Of a stretch of DNA of 64,000 nt, positions 50,555 through 62,752 are shown piece by piece. The translations under genes were made by a program, and so were the position numbers. Origin of the DNA: Sandaracinaceae bacterium (GTDB lineage: Bacteria; Myxococcota_A; Polyangia; Polyangiales; Sandaracinaceae); assembly GCA_019694315.1 (NCBI GenBank), contig JAIBCE010000005.1, positions 3,487 through 67,486 of the forward strand, in the 5' to 3' direction. Positions within the stretch are counted from its first letter, which is position 1; every line of letters begins with the position of its first letter. The notes under the pieces were generated by a model. The model was not told where the DNA came from and did not search any database. It worked only from the letters and a program-made list of their open reading frames with translations.

Positions 50555-52204
<1,650 letters not shown>

Positions 52205-52399
52205 CGTGACGTCTCCTCGTGGCGCATCGCGCGGGGCGAGCGCGTCGTCCGCGAAGCTCTCGATCTGCTCGTCGATCTCCACGGGGCGCGAACCATAGCG
52301 CAACCGCGCACGCCCTCACGTGCGTGAGAGAGCGTTCACCCTTCCGTCGGCGATCCCGCGCCTCAGGCGCGTGCCGCTCGTGGTGCGTTCACCTCTCGC

Positions 52400-55300
52400 T
52401 CACGGCGTCAGGGCGACGAGCTGATCGACGCCGCCGGCGCTCGTCAGCAGCAGCCCGCCCAGGCTCGTCGTGCCGCCCAGCGTTCCGGCGAGTGCGCTGG
52501 CCCCGTCCGCGCGCAGGGCGCTCGAGAAGCTCAGCACATCGACGCTGACCGGGCCGAGCGACGTCAGGGAGATCAGGCCGCCGGTGTCCGCAGTCATCCA
52601 GACCACGTTCGGTGTGTAGAACGCGTCGGGACCCACGGGCCTCCCTCCGAACGACAGCGAGCCGCGCGCGCTGAAGATCGTGTGGATACGGCCCATCCCG
52701 TCGACCTGGAAGCGCTGCACGCCACCCCACGTCTCGCCCGTGCCCGTGTGCCCGACCACCCAGCCGATCGCGCCACCCACATAGCCGACGCCCGCGAGGA
52801 AGCCACCATCGCCCCCGCTGGTCAGCGTCGTGCCGTTGACCGTCGTCGAGCTGAAGAACTCCCCCGCGAACACCCACTTGGAGGTGTCGCTGGCGTGGAC
52901 ATCCGTCACGCGCTCGTTCGACGCGGTGGCCACGGGGCAGGCGCTTCCGCAACCGATCCCGCTGCTGCAGCGCGCGGCCCAGCCATCGAGGCCACCGCCC
53001 GCGGGCATCATCGTCCCGCCGAGCATCCACGCGCCCGCGGAGTACTGCCCTCCGAGAAAGACGTCGTGATCGAATTCGCGCACGTCGAGGGCGTCCACCG
53101 CGATCGACGCGGGGCCCGAGATCGCGACGATCGAGACGGGGCTGCCGTCCGCGAGCGCCAGGCGCGCCACCCAGCCATCGTCACTGGCGGTGATCGACAT
53201 GCCCGGCGTGAGCTCCAGATCGCTCTGCGTGTATCCGCCCGCCACCACGTGGCCGTTGAAGACGTCGATGTCGAGCGCGCGGCCCTCGGCCGCCATCGCG
53301 GACGGAAGGACCCGTGACCAGAGCGCATGGCCATCCGCCGTGTCGAGCGCCGTGACGAAAGGACTCTGCGTCGCGAGCGCCGGACCGACGGTGCCACCCA
53401 CGAGCAGATCGCCCTCTCCGAAGCAGGTCCCCACCACCACCACGGTGCTCCCCGAGATCGCCAGTCGGTACGCGCTCACATCGCCCATCACGCTCGCCTC
53501 GATGGTGGTCGCCCACCGCACCGTCGAGAGCGACGCGTCGAACGACAACACGTCCACGCCGAGGCCGGGGGCCGTCACGTCCACACCGTCCACGTGGAGC
53601 GCACCGGCGAAGGTCGTGACCACATAGACGTTGCCTGCGCCATCCACGGCCACATCCAGCAGGCCGAGCGGAACCGAGTCGTCCGACGAGCCTCCCCACG
53701 TGAAGGCGCCCGTCACGGCCGGGCACGTCCCCATCCTCTCGCAGCCATCGCCCCCCGCGCCGAGATCGTGATTGCAGTCCACGAATCCCCCCGCGCAGAG
53801 GGGCGCGCTGCAGACTCCGAGGTTGCATGTGGCCATCGTGTGCGGCTCTTGGAGGCAGTCCCTCGTGCACGTGCCGCAGTGACTCGGATCGTTCGCGGGG
53901 ATCTCGCAGCCATCCAAGGGGTCGCCGTTGCAGTCCTGCGCACCTCCCAGACACGACGCGATCGCGCACGTGCCCGTGGCGCAGGTCCACGACGCACCAG
54001 GCCCCATGCACGGGTGGCCGCACGTGCCGCAGTCGAGGACCGTCCGACCGTCCGTCTCACACCCATCGTCAGGCAGCGAATTGCAGTCGAGCATGCCACC
54101 GCTGCAGCTCTCGACGACACACGCCCCCGCGCTGCACGACCAGCCCGCGGCGAATCCAGTGCACTCGCGCACGCACGAGCCGCAGTGAGAGACATCGCGC
54201 GACGTGTCGGTCTCGCAGCTGCCATCGTGGTCGCAGTCGGCGAGTGGCGCGACGCAGCCGTCCGCTCGCTCGCACCGCCGAGACACGGGATTGCAGTGCG
54301 CGTCCGCGCCGCACGTGTCCCCGCACGAGGCACAGTCGAGGTCGGTGCCGAGCATCGTCTCGCACCCGTCGTCCAGCGTCGTGTTGCAGCTCTCGTAGCC
54401 CTCGAGACACGCGACACCACACGATCCGTCGATGCAGAGAGGCACGGTCGCGGCGCCGCCCGCGGGGCAGACGCGCCCGCAGACGCCACAGCCCATCACG
54501 TCGCTCGAGAGATCCGTCTCACACCCGTTGGTCGTCAGGTGATCGCAGTCGGCCTGTGGGGCGGTGCAGCGCAGCACGCTCGTGGCCCGGCAGCTCCCCG
54601 CGATGCACGTGAGCGCACCACACACCGAGGCGGGCACCTCCTCGTCGATGCGCGCGTCGCAGTCCTCGTCGGTGCCATTGCAGGCCTCGATCTGGCTCGG
54701 GTGGCGGTCGACGTTCGCGTCGTCGCAGTCCCCTGCGCGCTCGGTGTACCCGACGGCGGCGCCACATCCCACCAGCGTCCCTCCCGTCGCGTTCCCCCAT
54801 CCGTCCGCGTCAGCATCCCGATAGAAGAGCGTGGAGAACACCCCCTCGTCCGTGGCGCGATCACAGTCGTTGTCACGACCATCACAGATCTCGCTGGCTC
54901 CACCGCCCGTCGCCGCATCCCGATCGTCGCAGTCGGCGCGGTCGGGGGCAGGGGCAGGCGTGCATCGGGCATCGGGTCGTCCGTCGAGATCGTCGTCCTC
55001 GGTGTCTCCAGGGCCGATCTCGAAGTCCGGGCGACCATTGCAGTCGTCGTCGAGGCCATTGCACTGCTCGCGCTGGCCGGGATGACGCGCCGCGTCCGCG
55101 TCGTCGCAGTCGGTGCCGAGGAGCGAGAATCCTGGCCCCGGCACCGCGCACGACTCCGTCGCGCGGCTCGGATCCCCGAATCCATCACCGTCCTCGTCCA
55201 GATACCAGCGGACGATCACGGGCGCGTCGGCGGGGTCGGCGACTCCATCACAGTCGTTGTCGATCCCATCGCACGCCTCGAAGAGCGTGGGGCTCCGCAT

Positions 55301-56083
55301 GGCGCTCGCGTCGTCGCAGTCGTCGCCGAGCGCGACGTAGCCGCCCGCGCCCGGACACGCCATGCGGGACGCGGCGGGATCACCGTGCCCGTCTCCGTCG
55401 AGATCGCGGAACACGAGCGCGAGCACGTCCTCGTCGATCGATCCGTCGCAGTCGTCGTCGAGCCCGTCGCAGACCTCGGTCCCCGCCGGGCTCGCGCCGC
55501 GCACCGCGTCGTTGCAGTCGTCGCCGCACGCGCTGCCGTTGCAGCAGGCGCTGTCGACGAAGCCATCGCCGTCGCCGTCTCGGCCCCCGAGCGTGCTGGG
55601 ATCACAGTCCTCGTCCGCGCCCTCGGCATCGCACAGCTCCGCTGCGCCAGGGTGAACGGAGATCTCGGCATCGTCGCAGTCATCGCCCAGAGGCACGCCG
55701 CGCGCGTCCACACAGCTCGACGCTCCGTGGCCATCGGCGTCCTCGTCGGGCACGCGGTGCACACAGGCGCGGAGCTCCTCCGAGCAGCCATCCGCCGTGC
55801 ACGCGAGGTGATCATCGCAGTCGAGGGCCTCGCCTGCGACGCATCGGCCGGAGGCGCAACGTGCCTGTCCATTGCATGCCAGTCCGTCCTCACAGTCGCC
55901 GTCTATCAGACACTCGGGGGCATCGAGACCGGGAGCGTCGGGGACGGCCGCGTCCGGAGGCTCGCCGCCCCCGCAGCCGCCGAGAACCCCCGCGGCGAGG
56001 GTCAGCGCGAGGAACCCGCGAAACGAGGACACCCGAGAAGGGCGGCCCCATCCCCTCAGCCAGCGCGACGGACTCCGGTTCAT
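52400..56083 (-). CDS. giant secreted Cys-rich protein: MopE-type metal-binding motif repeats, CG.CG..C repeats, beta-propeller-like C-terminus (tentative)
   Basis: ATG at 56083. Lipoprotein-like signal ...AAGVLGGC. About 7 copies of D.DGDG.....C.G.DCDD......PG..E.C(D/N)G.D(N/D)DCDG, multiple GCE(T)...CG.CG..C modules, and repetitive G/V/D-rich strands at the C-terminus. Confidence 0.75.
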   Translation of the reverse strand: MNRSPSRWLRGWGRPSRVSSFRGFLALTLAAGVLGGCGGGEPPDAAVPDAPGLDAPECLIDGDCEDGLACNGQARCASGRCVAGEALDCDDHLACTADGCSEELRACVHRVPDEDADGHGASSCVDARGVPLGDDCDDAEISVHPGAAELCDAEGADEDCDPSTLGGRDGDGDGFVDSACCNGSACGDDCNDAVRGASPAGTEVCDGLDDDCDGSIDEDVLALVFRDLDGDGHGDPAASRMACPGAGGYVALGDDCDDASAMRSPTLFEACDGIDNDCDGVADPADAPVIVRWYLDEDGDGFGDPSRATESCAVPGPGFSLLGTDCDDADAARHPGQREQCNGLDDDCNGRPDFEIGPGDTEDDDLDGRPDARCTPAPAPDRADCDDRDAATGGGASEICDGRDNDCDRATDEGVFSTLFYRDADADGWGNATGGTLVGCGAAVGYTERAGDCDDANVDRHPSQIEACNGTDEDCDARIDEEVPASVCGALTCIAGSCRATSVLRCTAPQADCDHLTTNGCETDLSSDVMGCGVCGRVCPAGGAATVPLCIDGSCGVACLEGYESCNTTLDDGCETMLGTDLDCASCGDTCGADAHCNPVSRRCERADGCVAPLADCDHDGSCETDTSRDVSHCGSCVRECTGFAAGWSCSAGACVVESCSGGMLDCNSLPDDGCETDGRTVLDCGTCGHPCMGPGASWTCATGTCAIASCLGGAQDCNGDPLDGCEIPANDPSHCGTCTRDCLQEPHTMATCNLGVCSAPLCAGGFVDCNHDLGAGGDGCERMGTCPAVTGAFTWGGSSDDSVPLGLLDVAVDGAGNVYVVTTFAGALHVDGVDVTAPGLGVDVLSFDASLSTVRWATTIEASVMGDVSAYRLAISGSTVVVVGTCFGEGDLLVGGTVGPALATQSPFVTALDTADGHALWSRVLPSAMAAEGRALDIDVFNGHVVAGGYTQSDLELTPGMSITASDDGWVARLALADGSPVSIVAISGPASIAVDALDVREFDHDVFLGGQYSAGAWMLGGTMMPAGGGLDGWAARCSSGIGCGSACPVATASNERVTDVHASDTSKWVFAGEFFSSTTVNGTTLTSGGDGGFLAGVGYVGGAIGWVVGHTGTGETWGGVQRFQVDGMGRIHTIFSARGSLSFGGRPVGPDAFYTPNVVWMTADTGGLISLTSLGPVSVDVLSFSSALRADGASALAGTLGGTTSLGGLLLTSAGGVDQLVALTP

Positions 56084-56120
56084 CCCGACCCTCACCCCGA
56101 CCCCGACTCTCGAGGTCGAA

Positions 56121-59100
56121 TCACATGATGCTCATCCCGCTACAGCGCACGTATGCGCCATTCGTGTAGGCTGGCGCCCAGCCCACGCCGAGGCCCGTCA
56201 GCACCGCCGGCGACGCCGGACAGCCCTGCGGTCCGAACGCCACACCTCCCGATCCCCCTCGCGCGGATGTCCACGACCCGACGAGGAAGCCCCAGGTGTA
56301 CGAGCCCGGGCTCGGCGACAGGACGGTGATCGGCGCGCAGTAGACCTGGAACTGGTCCATGTCATCCCCGACGCGCCCCGCGATCTGCGTCACGAACTGA
56401 TTGGCCGGGCAGTAGTCTACGTACGGAGTACCGCTCGAATCGCCCACTGGGGCTGCCGGAGATGCGCCTCCAGCGAAGACGACCGGATACGTGTACATCG
56501 CACCGCCGGAGTCGGTGGTGATCGCGATCGGCGCGCAGATCGGCTGGAGCTGATCGATGAGCGCGCCCGAGTGCCCCGCGATGCCCACCATCGCCTGTCC
56601 TGCCGGACAGTCGGTGTCGTAGAAGGGGCCTGTTCCGTTGGCGGCGCCGCTCGTGACCGAGCCCAACTGCAGCGCGATGCCTGTCCAGGTCAGCGTGGTC
56701 GAGGCAGAGCCACCAGGGCTGGCCGAGACGGTGAAGGTCGAGCTGGCAGGCCCGAGCGCGCTCGGATTCACCGACATGAACATCGTGCAGGAGGCCCCGG
56801 GCGCCAGCGTGCCGAAGCACGTGGCGGTCCCGAAACTCACGTCCCCACCGTGCGGCCCCGACGCACTGTAGGTCATCGACCCCGTGGGGATCGTACCGGG
56901 GTTCGAGATCGTGAGCGTCACCTGCCCGCTGTCCGAGCCCACCGCCACGGCCGGGTAGGCGATGGTCGTCGGCGAGACGGTGATGGCCAGTGAGCCCGTG
57001 CCGTTCATGACGGTGGCGACCGTGCCACCCGGCGCGCCACTCACCGTGAGCGTGGCAGAGCGGGCGCCAGCCGCATTGGGGCCGAAGTACACCGTGACCG
57101 TGCAATTGCCGGCCGCGGGCACCGAGGCGCCCGTGCAGGTGTTGCCCATGGTCTGGAAGTCGGCGGGATTCGCGCCCGTGATCGTCACCGACAGCGGCCC
57201 TGTCGCGATGGAGCCGCCGTTCGTGACCACGAAGCTCTGCGGCGCGCTGAGACCGCCGATGGTCATACCCCCGAAGTTGTGAGTGGGGGTGGGCGTCATC
57301 GAGATGGGCAGAGAGCCAGCGCCCGTGAGGGCCACGTCCACCGCGCCACCGGGCGCCCCCTGCACATGGAGCGTCGCCGCGCGCGCGCCGGCCATCGCGG
57401 GCTGGAACGTCACCTGGATCTGGCAATTGCCACCCACCGAGAGAGACGCCGCCGCACAGGTGTTCGTGCCGATCACGAAGTCGCCGGGGTTCGCGCCCGT
57501 CATGGTGACGGCGAGCGCGCCCGTGGCGATCGTGCCTGGATTCGAGATCGTGAAGGTCTGTGGCGCCGTGCTCAGTCCCACGGTCTGCGTCGGAAAGGCC
57601 GCCGACGCGGGGGACGAGGCGATCGGCAGAGAGCCCGTCCCGTTCAGTGTCGTGGTGGACGTGCCGCCCGGGACACCCGACACGCTCAGTGTCGCGGTCC
57701 GTGCGCCCGCCACGGTCGGGCTGAATCGCACCGAGACCGTGCAGGTCCCCGAGGGCGCGACCATCGAGCCCGCACAGGTGTTGGTGACGATCCCGAACTC
57801 ACTCGGGTTGGCCCCGCCCAGCATGACGCTCAGCGCGCCCGTCGTGAGGGTGCCCGGGTTCGACACCGTGAACGTCTGCGGTGCGCTGTTCGCGCCCAGC
57901 GTCACGCCGCCGAAGTTGTGAGTCGTCGGTGCCGTCGTGATGGGGGCGGAGCCCGTGGCCATGAGCGGCGCCGTCGTGGTGCCACCGAGCGTCGCGACCA
58001 CACGCAACGTCGCCGTGCGGGTCCCCGTGGCCCCCGGCGTCACACCCACGTTGACCGTACACATCGCGCCCGCCGCCAGCGTCGTGCCCGAGCACGGATC
58101 CGTGAGCGTGAAGTCGGCCGCGTTCGGGCCGACGATCGACACCGTGAGCGTGCCCGCACCCACCGTGCCTGGATTGCGGATCGCGAACGGCGCGGCAGCG
58201 ATCGGCTGACCGACGGTCGATGCGCCGTAGTCCCGACTCGTCGGTAGGGTGGAGATGAGACCCGTGCCCGTGAGCGTGGTGGCGGCCGTCGCGCCCGGCC
58301 TCGCGCTCGCCAGGAGCGTCGCGCCGCGTGGCCCGGTCGAGGTCGGCGAGAACGTGACGATCATCGAGCACGAGGCGGATGGAGCCAGCGTCCGCCCGAT
58401 ACAGTCGTCGGACGTGATGGCGAACTCCGCCGCGTCTGCGCCATCCACCCACGTGTCGATTCTCCCCGACACGGAGCCCCCGAGATTCCTGAGTGTGAAG
58501 AACCCGGGACCGCTGCTCGAAAGCGCTGCCACGCTCCCGAAGGGGTATGTCGCAGGGGCGAAGTCGAGCAGTGCGCAGGAGCCGGTGGTCTCGCAGCCAT
58601 CGCCGCCCATCACCCCGAGATCGCCATTGCAGTCGAGTCGACCCATCGCACAGACCGGTGCAGAGCACACGCCGAGCGAGCAACTCGGCGCCACCGTACC
58701 TGGCTCGCGGGTGCACACACGCCCACACACCCCACAATTCGACGGATCGCCGTCGATGTCGATCTCACAGCCGTTGCCTGCCGCTCCATCGCAGTCGTCG
58801 GAGCCGGCCAGGCAGCCCACGACCTGGCACGCGCTCGACGCGCACGCCCAGAGCGCCTGGTGCCCGGCGCACGCGGTCGCGCACCTGCCGCAGTGATCGA
58901 CGTCGTTCGAGGTGTCGACCTCGCAGCCCGTGGCGTCGAGTCCGTCGCAGTCGTCGGTGGTGCCGACGCAGCTCGCCACGCGGCAGCTTCCGCCCACGCA
59001 GCTCCAGTTGGCGCTGTGACCCGTGCATGGCGCGCCGCACGAACCGCACGACGCCACGGTGGTGTCGAGATCGGTCTCGCAGCTCCCGTTCGAGTCGCAG

Positions 59101-61130
59101 TCGGCCGTCGAGCCGGGACAGACCCTCGGTCGACAGCTCCGCGTCGCGTCGCACTCCTCGGTCACGGCGCAGGCGTCGCCGCAGCCCGAACAGCTCCCAT
59201 CCGTCCCGAGCTGCGCCTCGCAACCATCGTCGACCACGCCGTTGCAGTCGAGCCAGCCCGCGTCGCAGTCCGTCGCGGGATCGAAGCCGCAGGCCCCGCT
59301 CCGGCACGAGGAGGCCGTCACGTGGGCAAAGGCCGGACAGGCCTGCCCGCAGCGGCCGCAGCTCGTCACGTCGCTGCCACCGTCGGTCTCGCAGCCATCG
59401 CCTCCGCGTCCGAGATCACCGTTGCAGTCGAGGAAGAGGCCGTCGCAGACGAGCGCGGTGCAGCGCGACAAGGCGCACCCCGAGCTCGCGTGGCTCTCCA
59501 CGGCGCAGTGCCGGGTGCACGAGCCGCAGTGCTCCGGATCGCTGGTGATCGGCGTCTCACAGCCGTTGTCCGCCGCGTGATCGCAGTCCGCGAAGCCCGA
59601 GGGGCACTCGGCCGATCCGTGGCCGCACATGCCATAGGCACACGTGCGCGGCCCCATCGCATCAGGCATGCAGATGTCGAGGAGCGGGTCCTCGTCGACG
59701 CGACTGTCACAGTCGTCGTCGCGGGAATTGCAGCCCTCGACGGCGCCGGGAAAGCGTGTGTCCGACATGTCGTCGCAGTCGTCGTGGCTCGTCACGTAGC
59801 CCGCGACGGCGCCGCATCCGAGCGCCACACCGCTGCTCTCGCTGCCATGACCGTCGTGATCGTCGTCGCGGTAGAACAGGGTCATCCCGACGCCCTCGTC
59901 CACGCGCGTGTCACAGTCGTTGTCGCGGCCGTCGCAGATCTCCTCGCCACCTGCAGACGTGGTCGCGTCACGATCGTCGCAGTCGGGATCGACCGGCGCG
60001 GGCGAGCACCTCGCGTCCGCGTGTCCGTCGTGGTCGTCGTCCTCGAAGTCGCCCTCTCCGAGCGCGAAGTCCGCGAGGCCATTGCAGTCGTCGTCGATCG
60101 CGTTGCAGAGCTCGCGCATGCGGGGGTGTCGCGCGGGATCGGCATCGTCACAGTCTCGGCCCTGGAGCGAATAGCCATCTCCGGGCCGCGCACAGGCCTC
60201 CACCACCACGCTCGGATTGCCGAAGCCGTCTCCGTCGCTGTCCTCGTACCAAGAGGTGATCGTCGGCGCGTCCGCTGGATCCGGCGTTCCGTCGCAGTCG
60301 TTGTCCACGCCGTCGCAGGCCTCGAAGAGCAGCGGGCTGCGGTTCGCGTCGGTGTCGTCGCAGTCGTCGTCGAACACCGAGTATCCAGGCGTCACCGCAC
60401 ACGCGCGCAGCGGCGAGGTCGCGTCGCCGCGGCCATCACCGTCGAGATCGCGATAGACGAGCACCTGGACCTCCTCGTCCACGTTGCCGTCACAGTCGTC
60501 GTCGATCCCATTGCAGACCTCGGTGCCCGAGGGGCTCGCGCCCCGCACCGCGTCGTTGCAGTCGTCGCCGCACGTGGTGCCGTTGCAGCACGCCACGTCG
60601 ACGAAGCCGTCCCCGTCTCCGTCACGGCCGCCGAGCGTGCTCGGATCGCAGTCCTCGTCGACGTGCATCGCGTCGCAGAGCTCCGCAGCGCCCGGGAGCA
60701 CGGCCGGATTCATGTCATCACAGTCACCACCGAACGGCATGCCGCGCGCATCGAGACAGGCCACGTCGTAGACGCCGTCGCCGTCCGCGTCGGGGGGCCG
60801 GTTCACGCAGCGGCGCAGCTCCTCGGAGCAGAAGTCCGTCGTGCACGCGATGCTGTCGTCGCAGTCGATGCTCATGCCGGCGACACACCTGCCCTCGAGA
60901 CAGCGCGCCTCTCCGTTGCACGCCAGCCCGTCCTCGCAGTCGTCGTCCGTCGCACACATGGTCGCCGCGTCGAGGCCCGAGTCGAGCGCGCCCGCGCCCG
61001 CGTCCACCATCGGCGCCTCGCCGCAGCCCGCCACCCCGAGGGCCCCGAAGACAGCCCCGAGGACGGCGCGGCGCGCGCCCGCGATCCAGAGACCGCGAGC
61101 GCTCGCCTCCACCCACCGGCGGGGCGACAT
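56121..61130 (-). CDS. giant secreted Cys-rich protein paralog: MopE-type motifs, CG.CG..C repeats, ~9 choice-of-anchor-D/HYDIN-like Ig repeats, jacalin-like C-terminus (tentative)
   Basis: The ATG at 61130 shares one nt with the upstream stop. The N-terminal ~500 aa are paralogous to the two neighbours. Repeats of the type NFGGVTLGA.SAPQTFTVSNPGT..TGALSV...GANP.EF......C.G..V.P.G.CTV.V.F.P...G.R.ATL.V. C-terminal G..G..F...CP.G...VGI.G..G..IDQLQ..CAP repeats. Confidence 0.75.
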   Translation of the reverse strand: MSPRRWVEASARGLWIAGARRAVLGAVFGALGVAGCGEAPMVDAGAGALDSGLDAATMCATDDDCEDGLACNGEARCLEGRCVAGMSIDCDDSIACTTDFCSEELRRCVNRPPDADGDGVYDVACLDARGMPFGGDCDDMNPAVLPGAAELCDAMHVDEDCDPSTLGGRDGDGDGFVDVACCNGTTCGDDCNDAVRGASPSGTEVCNGIDDDCDGNVDEEVQVLVYRDLDGDGRGDATSPLRACAVTPGYSVFDDDCDDTDANRSPLLFEACDGVDNDCDGTPDPADAPTITSWYEDSDGDGFGNPSVVVEACARPGDGYSLQGRDCDDADPARHPRMRELCNAIDDDCNGLADFALGEGDFEDDDHDGHADARCSPAPVDPDCDDRDATTSAGGEEICDGRDNDCDTRVDEGVGMTLFYRDDDHDGHGSESSGVALGCGAVAGYVTSHDDCDDMSDTRFPGAVEGCNSRDDDCDSRVDEDPLLDICMPDAMGPRTCAYGMCGHGSAECPSGFADCDHAADNGCETPITSDPEHCGSCTRHCAVESHASSGCALSRCTALVCDGLFLDCNGDLGRGGDGCETDGGSDVTSCGRCGQACPAFAHVTASSCRSGACGFDPATDCDAGWLDCNGVVDDGCEAQLGTDGSCSGCGDACAVTEECDATRSCRPRVCPGSTADCDSNGSCETDLDTTVASCGSCGAPCTGHSANWSCVGGSCRVASCVGTTDDCDGLDATGCEVDTSNDVDHCGRCATACAGHQALWACASSACQVVGCLAGSDDCDGAAGNGCEIDIDGDPSNCGVCGRVCTREPGTVAPSCSLGVCSAPVCAMGRLDCNGDLGVMGGDGCETTGSCALLDFAPATYPFGSVAALSSSGPGFFTLRNLGGSVSGRIDTWVDGADAAEFAITSDDCIGRTLAPSASCSMIVTFSPTSTGPRGATLLASARPGATAATTLTGTGLISTLPTSRDYGASTVGQPIAAAPFAIRNPGTVGAGTLTVSIVGPNAADFTLTDPCSGTTLAAGAMCTVNVGVTPGATGTRTATLRVVATLGGTTTAPLMATGSAPITTAPTTHNFGGVTLGANSAPQTFTVSNPGTLTTGALSVMLGGANPSEFGIVTNTCAGSMVAPSGTCTVSVRFSPTVAGARTATLSVSGVPGGTSTTTLNGTGSLPIASSPASAAFPTQTVGLSTAPQTFTISNPGTIATGALAVTMTGANPGDFVIGTNTCAAASLSVGGNCQIQVTFQPAMAGARAATLHVQGAPGGAVDVALTGAGSLPISMTPTPTHNFGGMTIGGLSAPQSFVVTNGGSIATGPLSVTITGANPADFQTMGNTCTGASVPAAGNCTVTVYFGPNAAGARSATLTVSGAPGGTVATVMNGTGSLAITVSPTTIAYPAVAVGSDSGQVTLTISNPGTIPTGSMTYSASGPHGGDVSFGTATCFGTLAPGASCTMFMSVNPSALGPASSTFTVSASPGGSASTTLTWTGIALQLGSVTSGAANGTGPFYDTDCPAGQAMVGIAGHSGALIDQLQPICAPIAITTDSGGAMYTYPVVFAGGASPAAPVGDSSGTPYVDYCPANQFVTQIAGRVGDDMDQFQVYCAPITVLSPSPGSYTWGFLVGSWTSARGGSGGVAFGPQGCPASPAVLTGLGVGWAPAYTNGAYVRCSGMSIM

Positions 61131-62692
61131 CAGCAATCCCCCATGGTCTCGCAGCCGTTGGACGACAGACCATCACAGTCCGACAAGCCCATCACGCAAC
61201 CCACGGGGCGACACACACCACCGATGCATGCCTGGACCTGACCTCGGACCGGCAGGCACTCGTTGGAGGCGGGCGCCTCGTCGACCGCAGAGTCGCAGTC
61301 TTCGTCCACGAGACCGCCGACCGCGCCGCAGTGCTCGATGGCGCCGGGGTGACGCTCGACGTTGGTGTCGTCGCAGTCGCCACCTCGGGTCGTATAGCCC
61401 GAGGGCGGGACACAGCCCACCATCACGCCCCCGGACGTCCCGCCATATCCGTCGCCATCCATGTCGCGGAAATAGGCATAGCTCGCGACCATCTCGTCCA
61501 CGCTTCCATCGCAGTCGTTGTCGCGGCCGTCGCAGAGCTCGGCGCCTCCGGGCCCGCTGGCGGGGTCGAGATCGTCGCAGTCGGCCGGCACGGGCGTGGG
61601 CGTGCACCGCGAGTCGGCGACTCCGTCGTGATCGTCGTCCTCGAGATCGCCCGACGGCAACACGAAGTCCGCCACTCCGTTGCAGTCGTCGTCTCGACCG
61701 TTGCAGGCCTCGGCGCTCGCGGGGCTCACGGTCGCGCGTGTGTCGTCGCAGTCGGTCGCGTAGAGCGACCAGTGTCCGCTCGGGATGGAGCACGAGACGA
61801 TCGCGTTCGACGAGGTGCCGAATCCATCGCCGTCCTCGTCGGCGAACCAGGTCGCGGTGACCGTCGAGTCGGCAGGGTCGGGCGTCCCGTCGCAGTCGTT
61901 GTCGATCGTGTCGCAGATCTCCGGCAGATCCGGGCTGCGGAGCGCGTTCCCATCGTCGCAGTCGTCGCCGAGCGTCGAGAAGCCCGCGCGCGTGCCGCAC
62001 GCGCTCATCGCCATCGACGGATCGCCGTGGCCGTCGCCGTCCGCGTCGCGGTAGCCCATCACGAGCACGCCCTCGTCGACGCGCGTGTCGCAGTCGTCGT
62101 CGATGCCGTTGCAGCTCTCGGTGGCCATCGGGTTCGCGCCGCGCAGGGCGTCGTTGCAGTCGTCGCCGCAGGCCGTGCCGTTGCAGCAGCGCCCGTCCTG
62201 GAAAGAGTCGGCGTCCGCGTCGGGCCCGCGGGTGGCGGGGTCGCAGTCCTCGTCGACCGCCATGTCGTCGCAGATCTCCACCGCGCCCGGGTGCACCCCC
62301 GCCGCCGCGTCGTCGCAGTCGTCGCCGAAGGGCATGCCGCGCGCATCGACGCAGTGCACGTCGAAGATCCCGTCGCCATCCACGTCCGCGGGGTTGTTCA
62401 CGCAGCGCCGCAGCTCTTCGCTGCAGAAGTCGGTCGTGCAGTCGATGCTGTCGTCGCAGCGCAACGGCGTCCCCGCGACGCAGCGCGCCTCGACGCACGT
62501 CTCCTCGCCATCGCACGCGAGGCCGTTCGCGCAGTCGGCGTCCTCGCGGCACTCCGGCGCCGCATCGAGCGCGGGATCGAACGCATCCGGTGTGGCCGCG
62601 TCGTCGCCGCCACCACCACCGCCACATCCCATCGCACCCGCCCACAAGCCAAGAAGAAGAGAGACCCCGAGCCCCGACCGTCGGATTGTCAT
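61130..62692 (-). CDS. secreted Cys-rich protein paralog consisting almost only of MopE-type metal-binding motif repeats
   Basis: ATG at 62692. Signal ...GLWAGAMGC. 520 aa with the same repeat order as the N-termini of the two downstream genes. Confidence 0.75.
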   Translation of the reverse strand: MTIRRSGLGVSLLLGLWAGAMGCGGGGGGDDAATPDAFDPALDAAPECREDADCANGLACDGEETCVEARCVAGTPLRCDDSIDCTTDFCSEELRRCVNNPADVDGDGIFDVHCVDARGMPFGDDCDDAAAGVHPGAVEICDDMAVDEDCDPATRGPDADADSFQDGRCCNGTACGDDCNDALRGANPMATESCNGIDDDCDTRVDEGVLVMGYRDADGDGHGDPSMAMSACGTRAGFSTLGDDCDDGNALRSPDLPEICDTIDNDCDGTPDPADSTVTATWFADEDGDGFGTSSNAIVSCSIPSGHWSLYATDCDDTRATVSPASAEACNGRDDDCNGVADFVLPSGDLEDDDHDGVADSRCTPTPVPADCDDLDPASGPGGAELCDGRDNDCDGSVDEMVASYAYFRDMDGDGYGGTSGGVMVGCVPPSGYTTRGGDCDDTNVERHPGAIEHCGAVGGLVDEDCDSAVDEAPASNECLPVRGQVQACIGGVCRPVGCVMGLSDCDGLSSNGCETMGDC

Positions 62693-62752
62693 CCCGCGAT
62701 GCTAGCAAACTCCCCGCGGCCAGAGACAGATCGGTCGATCACCCGTGCGTCT

